This document shows, piece after piece, positions 1 through 10,398 of a stretch of DNA of 64,000 bases. The DNA is from Ramazzottius varieornatus. Its lineage: Eukaryota > Animalia > Tardigrada. The notes beneath the pieces are model-generated. The model ran no database searches and was not told where the DNA came from. It saw only the letters and a program-made list of their open reading frames with translations. Position 1 is the first letter of the stretch, and every line of letters begins with the position of its first letter. The stretch lies in assembly GCA_001949185.1 (NCBI GenBank), contig BDGG01000004.1:1327620-1391619 (forward strand), given 5' to 3'. Made by a program: the position numbers and the translations under genes.

Positions 1-457
1 TCGCGGCCTGACAGTAATCGGGTGCCACATGATCATGAGACATCTCCGTACGACTATCGACAAACTAGTGTCTCGAAACGTTCTGAACCCGACTGCTAAC
101 AAGAGTTCATCCTGTAGTTGCTATGTTAAGTGAAAGAGAATCTTCCAGAGAAGTTAAAATCCCATTTTGTACAAGTCATAAACATTCCAGCTGAACGAAA
201 CATGCAACGAGAACAAATTACAACTACAAGAAAGCTCAGCGATTTGTACAATGAAGGATACCTGCCGTGGTACATATATGGCAAAACTTGCTAGTTTCCC
301 GCAGAAAGACAAGCCAAGACTAAATCTCAATAAGAAATAATAACTAAAACCCAGAACGTAAAGACTGAGAAGTAAAAGCTAAAAGGGAAAACAACAATGT
401 TGTCATGCACCAGGAAAGAACGCCTTCTATGGTAGATAGTACTGCTGCAATACACCT

Positions 458-2920
458 TCATAGTATGACACAGCAGCGACAGATACGTTGCCGAGGCGTG
501 GGAGCCGCCACCGGTGGCGTAGGAGGTGGAAAGTAGTACAAAACCTAAGACACAAATTCCACACCTTATTGATGTGCGAGGATATCGAGAGCACATACTG
601 AAGTTCAAGCAATTGTTAGAATTTGAAATTGTTTCAATTATATTTCTATTCAGTTTTTTATATTAAATTTTTGATTTTCAGGTTGTGAATAACATGGAAG
701 ATCAGCAAACGCAAAATGCTAGATCGTTATCAAGTGGAGCACGCTTTCATTGTTACCGGCTGAAAGCGTACGCCATTTGAAACAACGTTCTTGGATGTTT
801 CGTTTGCGGCCGGGCCTCCCACGTCTTCTTGATTACCTTAGCGTGGGGCAGCTTGGCTTTCAGCTGTCGAACCGCGGGCTTGGTGACACCCTGGCAGTCG
901 TACAGGTCGATGCGTTGCAGACTGGTGACGGTCGCCAGCGCGGTCAGGGAAGCATCACTGATGGAAGGGCAGTTATCCACTTCCAGGACCTTGAGGGTAC
1001 CACCTCGAGCCGCAGCTCCCTGGGCCAAAGCCTGGACACCTTCGTCCGAGATCAGTTCGCAGTGGGACAGACAGAGGCGCTCGACACTGTGACAGAACTC
1101 AGCGATGCTGATGAGGGTGTTGTCACTGATGTGGGCGCATTCTTCCATGTCTAGATACTGCAGGAAACGACACGCTCGACAGAGAGCGCTGAAACCCTCA
1201 TCTCCCATCTCTGTACAGCCTGAACGGAACCAGAAACAATCAATTCCCTTACCCACATCATCGCTTTTACCGAAAATGGTTTTTCACATGTAGCGACCCT
1301 CAACATAATTTTTCCAAATTGCTAGTTGCTTTTTCTATTTTATCTATATTTTGTTACCTGCCACTTCGAGGGTTTTCAGTTTGGGACAGGAATGGGCCAA
1401 GGCGACAAGACTATCGTCAGTCAAGCGCGGGCAGTGGGCTAACGAGATGTGTTCAAGAATGTAGCAGTTCTTAGCCAGGAACTTTATTCCCTGGTCCGTT
1501 ATGTCCGCACAACTGTTCAAGTTGACTGACTCCAGCTCGATGCAGTTCTCGCCAAGAGCTCGCAAACACTCGTCCCTGCAAAGAAAAAGGTCAAGTCAGT
1601 CACCAATGTTGATTTTTCTCCAATGCAGAACATGCCTTTTTTCTACGAAAAAAACGCTGCCAAGTCCGCGCTGGCACTAACTTGATAGGCATCTTCGTAA
1701 AAAAGGCAGAATTAGAAACTCACCAGACATACTCGTCAGGACTGTTCCCCGAGTGGCGCACGCTTCCATCGGTAGTGGCTGAAAGCGTGAGCCACTTGGG
1801 AAAACAAGCTTGTCGAGTCTGCTCGCCTAGAGATCTCAGCGACAATGCTGCACATTCCGAGAAAGAAGCGGTCAGACTATGTTAGAACGTAGATTACTTG
1901 ATGTTTCTTACTTGATGTTCGGACATCCTTTGGCCGTGAAGGTCTTTAGTTGGGTACAGCGCGTGGCCAGGGAAGTGATGCCTTGTTCGGAGATGCGTTC
2001 GCACCAGGAAATGTTGATGGTTTCCAGATGGGTACAGCCGTCAGCCAGCACAGCCAGTCCTTTGTCGGTAATCAGGGCGCATGAGTCAATGTTCAGTTTG
2101 CGCAGTCGGGGCGAGTGCTTACTCAATGCGCGGCACGTTTCGTCCGTCAACTTGCGACATTCTTGCAGGACCAGGACTTCGATGTTGCGACAGTAGAAGG
2201 CAAAGGTCTTCAGTGCTTCGTCCGACAAGTGCTGACAGCCCCGCAGATTTAATCGCTTTAGGAACAATCCACAACGCCGTGCGATGTTCTCAATAACCGC
2301 ACCCTATAACGAATCAATATCCAAAAGTTTAATAAATAACCTGAAAGACAACAAAATGTCGGAAAAATCTCAATTGACCCACCTCGACGTCCCGCTGGAA
2401 TTCAAACAAATCCACATCCTGCCAGATGCTACCGTCATGCGCTAATCCATTCCATGCCTATCACAGATCATAATTTCCCATGGGTCAACATTTATGAATA
2501 TTTCCGACAATACCCAATCTCCCAAGACTGCTAAGTTTCCTCAAGTGGCGCACGCTTGCGGAGGTAGTGGCTGCAAGCGTGCGCCACTTGGAAAGACGAT
2601 GTGGCCGAGTTTGCTTGCGGAGCTCCCTTTCTATTGACAGTGAGTGAATTCTGTCGAAGAGGCATCTGACTCACCTTGCAAACCGTAGCACAGCGACACA
2701 GCGCGACCAGATCGAGGAAGGAGAAGATACGGAGAATGATTTCTTTGGGCAGCATGCGATTGATTTGGCCCGTGTCATGATCCAGGCTGTTGCCGTCCGC
2801 CTCCATTGCATGCCCGTTGCTCTTCACCCCACTATCTGTGTTGTTCAGGGGATGCGATTCTTCGTCTTGAACGCTGTTCAAACCTCGTAGCTTCTTGGTG
2901 ACTCCCCAACTGTTGGGCAT
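458..2920 (-). CDS. FBXL20: F-box/LRR-repeat protein FBXL2/FBXL20-like, 6 exons (~2920-2675, 2457-2383, 2304-1912, 1575-1358, 1219-837, 544-458)
   Basis: F-box LPKEIILRIFSFLD..LCRCA.VCK, cysteine-containing LRRs (FLKRLNLRGCQHLSD, LEVDNCPSISD, IDLYDCQGVT). The last exon, read by hand, is VLYYFPPPTPPVAAPTPRQRICRCCVIL*, ending in the CAAX box typical of FBXL2/20. The start codon is uncertain. Confidence 0.9.
731..779. repeat. 49-bp palindrome family, copy 1 (FBXL intron 545-836)
   Basis: caagtggagcacgctttca-ttgttaccggc-tgaaagcgtacgccatttg. Confidence 0.85.
1750..1798. repeat. 49-bp palindrome family, copy 2 (FBXL intron)
   Basis: cgagtggcgcacgcttcca-tcggtagtggc-tgaaagcgtgagccacttg. Confidence 0.85.
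2542..2590. repeat. 49-bp palindrome family, copy 3 (FBXL intron), perfect 18-bp arms
   Basis: caagtggcgcacgcttgc-ggaggtagtggct-gcaagcgtgcgccacttg. Confidence 0.9.
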
Positions 2921-3589
2921 CTTCGAACCGTGCACCAATTCAGCTGTACAGGAGTGTAGTTCAACCTGCGAGGGCGAACATACTCTCCTCTCACATCGAA
3001 ATAATCGCTGATTAGACTCTTTGCATCTCCAGGTTGGTAATCGGACGAGAGATGGGTAATGCGGGTTGATCCAGGTTTGACTCGACCTGGGAACACATAG
3101 GGAGAAACTGATTGATTATGCATAGCTAGGCCTTCACATGACTTACCATCAACTTTCAGCAGACGCAGTCTGAGGCCTTCCTCCGCAAGTAAGCAAGATG
3201 GGATAGGGATTTTGGGTGATGATATCCAGCCAGTGGCTACCGGAAACAGTGAAACCTCGAGGGGCAGTTGCACATGCTCAGCTGATTCAAGAACGCCACT
3301 CTTTTCAAAGTTTACAAACAAACGGAACAAAAGCTTAAAGAGCAACGGGCATGCAATGGATACGATCAGCAGATCTACTGTAAAATCTCGTTCAACTCGA
3401 CGACAGAAATGCCCTGCCCGCGCATTTCTACCCAGGATCATGGATAGTATTTACGGCGTACGTACGTAAAACCAGCTGATTACTGGTTACACACACCCTA
3501 TAAACATGTCTGTATAGCGTAGCTCGACGTCATTCATACCGATTGTAGAACAACTGAAAGCTCGGATAACTCGACCGGATCGTTCTATC

Positions 3590-3638
3590 CAAGTGCCGCA
3601 CGTTCGCGGGGATATTGAATGAAAGCGTGCGCCACTTC
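3590..3638. repeat. 49-bp palindrome family, copy 4 (nested inside the pogo element)
   Basis: caagtgccgcacgttcgcggggatattgaatgaaagcgtgcgccacttc, preceded by the family's GATCGTT motif. Confidence 0.75.
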
Positions 3639-3653
3639 ACAAAGCAAGTGCAT

Positions 3654-4120
3654 CTAAAGTTCTTCATTCAATTCTATTTGCTGGCTTTCTTCAGCAGGGG
3701 CTAAAAAAGAATCTTCGGTGAGGAAACTACAGTCCAGGACACTTTCATCTTGTTCGACAGTCTCTCCAACAGCCACGTTTTCGAAATTATAGTCCTTGCG
3801 AAGAATCTGGGCTGAGTAAAAAGAGTTCGCAATAGCATCCGGCTTGATCTTGTCCCACGCGATGGAAATAAAAAACACGAACACCCCCTTACCAGGCTTC
3901 CTTAGGTTTCCAGAGTTGGTGAAGCTAATATTGCTGCGTCGTCAGTGTCTGTATTCTACCTTGAACGCCTCTTTGAACGACTTATTTATGCTAACGTCAA
4001 GAGGTTGCCATTTTCCGGTCTTGCCAGGTGGTATTGCAATCTGATGTACGTTCCTCGCTTACAACTTTTCGACGCTTTGCTGCGATATATGCACGGAGAA
4101 GTTGTCTCGCAGCAGCAAGG
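3654..4120 (-). pseudogene. Truncated pogo/Tigger-type DDE transposase remnant (DD35D)
   Basis: One frame reads LLLRDNFSVH...L*ARNVHQIAIPPGKTGKWQPLDVSINKSFKEAFKVEYRH*...AWDKIKPDAIANSF, with in-frame stops at 4059-4061 and 3942-3944. Confidence 0.85.
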
Positions 4121-4519
4121 TGAATTCCTGATACACAGGACCAGTTGTTCACCTCCCCAACTTCTGCAGCGCAGCACAACGATAAATGGCAAGTTACTGA
4201 AGATATCGTATGCATACCCACAAGCGAAGAATTGCCTCGAAGAATCCTCCAGAATCAAACGTAAATAAAGGCAAGAGAATCACAACTCGAAGCCAGAAGT
4301 CCAGCAATGATGCATATAGCGTCAGCTTTGCTCACAGAAAGGCTACCCGGACTGGGGAGTAAGCCGTGTAACCAGCAATCAGCTGGTTTTCATTCGTACT
4401 CCGTAAATACTATCCATGGTCCTGGGTAGAATGCGCGGGTAGGGCATTTCTATCGTCGAGTTGAACGAGATTTTACAGTACCTCGTACCAGGTCAAGCAA
4501 AAAAAAGCTAAGGGCTCAC

Positions 4520-6470
4520 CCTGGGCGCGGAGGTTTGATCCCGGCGGTGCGGGGCTCTTGATTATGCCCCCAACCGGATCTGGCTGAATGCAGGGGTACT
4601 GGCCGCTGTCCAGCGTACGAAAGGTTTCATTTCGAGCAGTTTGGACAAAAGAAAAGGACTTCGTCTTTCCGTCGAAGAAAAGGCGTACGTCTGGCTATTC
4701 GGTCACCACGACGTGGTTTCGTACAACACGGTGGCCGATAATCAGAAATCAGACTCAGAGCTCTAGACGAACCCCGCCTGTTGGATCTTCTCAGCCTTTG
4801 ACGAGTAAATGTTTTAGCCGCGGCCAAGAACGTCTAAACTGGCTTATTTTAGCTTCGCCGAGCCTTCTATAGATACGGTGAAGGATTACTTTCCTCTGGA
4901 TCAGACTGGGTGAAGGAATGCCCAACTGAGGTATCCCTCTTGTGGACGGTTTGATGGAAGGGTATGTTCGTTATTTTCCGTAAACAATGCCCCATGTTTT
5001 TCTTCATCGCTGCTTTCTTTGCAGCGATGTTAAGGAACTCACGCTTCATGCACTCTTGAACCTCAGGGACGAATCCGCGGACAAAAGACGACGTCTGGGT
5101 CAAGATGGTCTACCTATCAAACAACAAAGCCCTCGGTGACTCAGCGTAGGCGAGCTTAGGGAAATCGTCGCAGGGTGGACGAGCGCTGGACCCAAGAAGA
5201 GCCATGACGCGGACGAGGAAGTTGTGGTCACTGGTCAGTAAGACTGAAGTGAGGGAGCTGTGGAACAAGCTCGCAATTTCCACGGTGGATGAAGTACTCG
5301 GATACTTGGACCTTCGTCTCCTAACCAAGTTCTCATGATACGTATTACCAAAAATAATTCGGACGGAACGTTGATGAAATTAATGGGAATTTGTTGAACA
5401 GGGTTTCCAAGCCGTGGAAGGAATCCATGGCACGTTATGGATTCATCAGCAGCGGTGCCGTCTTCCTGGTTGGTCCTTGCTACTACGGTCGCAGTTCCAG
5501 ACTCCTCACCTCTGAACTACTGGGAGAAAGCGTCTGGTCGCGGCTCTTCCAGCTGAGACCCAACACTATCAAGCACTTTGTCTTCGTGGGTCAACCCATG
5601 CCGTTCAACGAAGGGCGTCCTTTCGGCAAGCTCTTCCGTTTGCCACATGCTCTGCGCCATGTCACCTTCCACTCGATCACTATCAACAGTAGCCAGTTGT
5701 ACGCGCTAGCTCTTTGTGTTCTCATCGAGATCGACAGTGTCCAGTTTGTCAAGAGTACCGTTCAGGTGGAAATAATCCGGTTGCATGTCACGCCCACCTT
5801 CCGGTGATGGTTCAGTTTCCGGGTTCCTGCGATAAAGTTAACCGATGCGAATCTGGAGAGTGTCGAGAAGAAGCAGTTAGTACACACTTTGGATTACATG
5901 GGACTAGTGTGGCCTTATAAGAAGAAGCAGCTAGAGTGGCTGAAGGAGTCCCTAGATTATATGAGAAGCGTCCTGCTGGACAACGATCCGTCGTCCCCAC
6001 GAAGAGTATTACCAAGCCAAGCAGGTTTCTCGCGTATTTCACAAAAGTTGCACTAAACTTCAATACTAATCTTAGATTTCTACTGGCGTTGAGGGCTCGG
6101 AAATACGGTAAAAACAACCAGTTCCGGAAGCTGGGCGTCAGCAGTACAGCTCTGAAAGATGGGCGTGAACTGGACACCCTGGACGCAGCATTTCGTATGC
6201 GACTTTTGTGGTGGCTGAAGGAAGGTGATAATGTGGAAGCTGAGATCTCTCGTCCGCCTTATGAGATTCCCCAGGATTTCCAGATGTGAGAGAGGAGGAT
6301 ATACGGACTAGTTCTGAATATACCAAAGCTGTTTCACGAATAATCTTCGGTTGACTCTTTCTCCATCGTGATTTTTTGCTTTGTTATCGCTTGGAACTTC
6401 CGCTCCGTTTGGTATATGGAATTCGGATAGATTTACTGTTTTGTTACATTCAACAGAATCAGAATTCATA
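4520..6470 (-). pseudogene. Degraded coding-like region of unknown identity
   Basis: ORFs 5110-5328, 4867-5103 and 4627-4827 are one reading frame broken by isolated stops. An acidic frame across ~5350-5820 (ETEPSPEGGRDMQPD...) is likewise broken by single TAG codons. Confidence 0.35.
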
Positions 6471-6764
6471 GCTCTTCAAAACCTTCATGGAACTGACTAA
6501 AGGCTTCCGAAAATGTACCGTGTATCGAACCCAGACTGAGAACTTCCGGTATGGTAAAGATAACACTGCAATCAAATTGCTCTAACTTCGTACCGCACTA
6601 CTTAGAGCAACGTCCGACGCAATGAAGATAGTTTGATATGTAAGTCTACGGATTTTTGACACCAAAACCGGAATACAGTGTCAAGAAAACCAGTGGATGA
6701 GAACAGATGGGAAAGGGTGTTTGCGAATGATGATGAGTCCTCCCATATCTTCAACACCGAAAAC

Positions 6765-9648
6765 CTAAATCGGCGTTTGCACCCCGGTATCGCGATCGGA
6801 ATCGCTGAGGTTGCGTCTTGAAGTCATAGACATGGTACGTACAATCTTGGGGTTGTAACATTTGGGATCGGAGACCATTCGCACGAAGAAGCTGCGCTTC
6901 TGCGAGATGCTCATGCGGTTGCGGCGGTCCACCACGAAGACCTCGTCCAATGTCTCCTGAGCTTCGCGTTCCAGCTCGTCTTGCTCCTGTTCCTCGCTGG
7001 TCACCGATTTTCCATTAGTCAGGCCATGACTCTGACTGGCTTCTTTCGCCAATAACTGAATGACGTCGCTGGCCATGTCTCGTATGATGGCCCAAGCTTC
7101 CTCAATATCCTGATCGCTGGCTGTTTGCGAGCAGACGCAGAAGCGAATGACATAACGCTCACTGAGAGAAGCGGGCACCATATGAAGCTTGCCGGAAGCG
7201 TTCAGGGATGAGAGGAACTTCTCGTTCAGAGCATTCGAACCCTACAGACAAAGTGGCACGTGCGAAAGATCGTATACAAATTGTTGCCCTTTCGGTCACG
7301 TACGTGGAGGCGGAAGCAGACCAGTCCGAGTGTCACTTGATTCATGATCTCGAAGCGGCTGTCTTCTCTGATCAACATCTCCATCTTCTTTGCCAGTCGG
7401 CAGTGCTACAACAGTTGGTTGATTACTCGTCCATATTTAGCTAGTTATTGCTCATTAATTCGGGCGTAGGTCTACACCAACCTCTAGAATATATCGTCGA
7501 AGACCTTCCACCCCGTAAGAGCGAATGACAAACCAGAGCTTCAGACTCCGAAAACGTCGGCTGAGTGGGATACCCCAATGCTAGAGCCAACAAGTACTCA
7601 TAGTACAGCGTTATTGACAGATTTTGTGGGGGAAACACCACGACCTACGCGGTAATCGATGGCCTTGTCCGAATGACTGTGCTTTAAGTACAGTGGATCG
7701 ACGATCAAGGCTTCCGTCAGCTTATACTTATCACGAACCCTGACAACCGATAAGGTTCACGAAATCCGAACTTCCCGACGATGCTTGCCACATAATCACG
7801 GGAGTTCGGCAAACACTCAGGCCAGATCGTTTTTGCCGAGTGGCGCACGCTTCTGGCGATACCAGCTGGAAGCTTGTGCCACTTGGGGAAATTATCTGCT
7901 TGGGTTTGTTTGCCGGTTCCCATACAAGCTTACCACATAGCCGAGCAGTCGAAGTTGACCAGCATCCACTTGTTGGGATTCGTGTTGAAGGACATCGCGA
8001 ACTACGGTAGATGGGTATGTGAAAGACAAGGTAATAAACGACAAGTTGAAAGCTCGCCCAACCTCGACGCCCTTCATCAGGTAGCGGAACTGCGGGCAGA
8101 TAAAAGCGCTTCCCGCGTAAGCAGCGTCGACATGCAGCCATACATTTTCTTCCTTGCACACCGGCCCCACTTCGGATAGCGCATCGAAAGAACAACAGGA
8201 AGTTGTTCCCAGTGTTGTCGAGACCTACAGCCATGCCCATCTTGAAAGCCATGACTAACCAGAAACGTCAGAGTTTCGACTTACGTAGAATGGAATCAAT
8301 CCCATATTACGGTCTTCCTGGATAGCTTTGGCCAGCTTGGTGCCCCGTAGGGCGTATTTGTCGTCTGTTTCCAAGATCCGAATTTTGACAAAAGCTATCA
8401 TAGCAGCTTTTTCCACTGATGAATGTGCCTATGCACAAAACAGCAACTACATGAAGATATATCCAATAAAACTATCAAAATAGATAAAGCGGGTAAACGA
8501 TACAGTCCACGATATATTATCCACGGAGGCTCTGTGGCCCGGGCTAACTTCGGCAGGGCGTTCCCTAGCCGGTTTACCGAATGACTACCGAATGATAAAT
8601 TATTCGTACCTCTTTAGAGCAGTAAGCCATCAATTTAGACAACAAGACGCCCTCTTCGACGAAGGGATGCTGTTTCTTCAGCTCGCGGATGGTATGTTGA
8701 CGAGCCGCCAGCATACTGACCAAGATGCATTCACTGGCGGAACCCTGTAAAAAACGCAGGGTTATTAGTGTAGGTGACCTCTTAGTGCAGTAGGCGTGCG
8801 GTTCAGTAATCCCAAAAAACCCAACGTTCGCATATGGGAAGCCGGCCTCCCATATACAGTACTACAGTACTGTACCGTACCCCTAAGCCACATTTACCTG
8901 GATAACTCCGCCGCCTTTTGCTCCTTCCGTGAATGGCAGAAACTCCTTGGGAAGAGCGATCATTCGACCTAGCCAATCCAGCACAATAGTTTCCAGCTCG
9001 GTACATGCCGGACTTGCAGCCTATGAAAGTTAGGACAAGATCACAACTGATCACACTACTGTAAAAATATCGCTGAACAGGCCAACCTCACCCAAGAGAA
9101 TCCGACACATCCGATTGCGTCAGAGAGCATATCGCCCATGATTGAGGGATATGAATTGCCCGCCGGAAAATACGCATGAAATCGCGGATGTTGCCAATGC
9201 GTCATCTACTTGAACAGAAAGTAGGTTAGTGTTTGGGAAGCCGACAATCGAAACGTACGGGATCGTTACGTCAAGTGGCGCACGTCTACGACCAAGAATA
9301 ATGGAAACGTGCGCCACTTGACCTAAGATACTGCATGTTCCGGCTGCTGGTCTTCCATTTTTTGAGAATAATCCGAGATTAAGATTATTATGACTTCACA
9401 GGATTGATGGAGAAACCACAACTGACCCCAGGCATGATATGCTGTTCGACGTCATCCATAATCTCGTCCCATTCTTCGGGATGTTGCGGCGCATTCTCCG
9501 GCAAGCGCTGCCTCAAGTAACCGGGTTCGACAGCCGGTGTGACGCGGCGTTGAGCGACATTCTCCATGTAGTCAGCGATATAGTCCACCATTTCCTTGCC
9601 TCGAGTACGAAACTCCACAGCGTCCATGATTGGGACATTGGCCGCCAT
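6765..9648 (-). CDS. Tdc2: Tyrosine decarboxylase (PLP-dependent group II), multi-exon; in-frame N-terminal extension possible to ATG 9912
   Basis: [52 protein letters not shown], the PLP lysine motif SFNTNPNKW, and the TDC-type tail [21 protein letters not shown]. Confidence 0.9.
7837..7885. repeat. 49-bp palindrome family, copy 5 (Tdc intron)
   Basis: cgagtggcgcacgcttctggcgataccagctggaagcttgtgccacttg; outer arms cggcaaaca...agatcgtt / ...tgtttgccg. Confidence 0.85.
9272..9320. repeat. 49-bp palindrome family, copy 6 (Tdc intron)
   Basis: caagtggcgcacgt-N21-acgtgcgccacttg, perfect 14-bp arms. Confidence 0.85.
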
Positions 9649-10398
9649 GCTGACTGCAATCTCCGGTAGACTGCCTCGACCACTGGTCGCACCGTTAACT
9701 TTCTTGGCCGTGATCACTGTTTGACCACCACCGTCTACCGACACTTTCCCCGATGTTGCCAGATTAGAATGCTTACAGGGAAGAGGAGCCTTGTCGTTGG
9801 AACGACTCAAACTACTGGCAAAGACCGCTGCGCCTCTTGTCGAACAATCGTAGCAGTGACCCAAGAAGCTTTCCAGCTTACTCAGTTGCGCCTGCGGGAA
9901 GTGATCTGGCATTTGGTCAAGCTAAAAAACCCAACTGACTTGGAGAGCTACGCACAGAAGTCCCTTATCCTTGTGACGGAAGCCAAACGCTAAGTGACTA
10001 AATGCTTTCCCAGTTTCTGGAAGCTTCTTCACGTAAGCCCGAAGGCGCAATTGAGTTCACCGATGACGTAACTGCGGAGAAGTGTCGAAGAAACGGAGCA
10101 AGGGACAATTAATCTGGAGAACCATCTGCTGCTGACAAGTTCCTCCTTCGATTACCCTTCATGACACATCGATGACGAACTTAACGTCACCTTGTAGGCA
10201 TTTAATCAGCCATTACTGTCCCGAGAAAACCTCAACAAGCTTTTAGACTCAACAGAAAGTCAATTGCTCACGCCATGTTTTCGTTGTGATATCCTTACGC
10301 AGTATCATCAGTACAGAAGAATGGGTAAACGGTAAAAAAGCCTTTGACTATCAATCTCGTGTCCGTCTGGGAAGAAACCAACAAGTTTTCGTGACAGG

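Larger units (their letters stand above)
3378..4478 (-). mobile_element. Decayed pogo-superfamily DNA transposon (~1.1 kb, ~114-bp TIRs, TA target-site duplication)
   Basis: ta|ctgtaaaatctcgttcaactcgacgacagaaatgccc... (3378-3492) is inverted at ...gggcatttctatcgtcgagttgaacgagattttacag|ta (4366-4478), and a DDE_1 transposase remnant lies inside. Confidence 0.9.

Noticed and set aside
750-1154. Plus-strand ORFs over FBXL, and the many similar antisense ORFs across the window
   Set aside because: They are shadows of genuine coding exons on the opposite strand and show no independent motifs.
731-9320. Palindromic repeats as a CRISPR array or bacterial REP/attC elements
   Set aside because: The copies are dispersed singly in spliceosomal introns of an animal genome, with no repeat-spacer periodicity and no cas, integrase or rayt gene.
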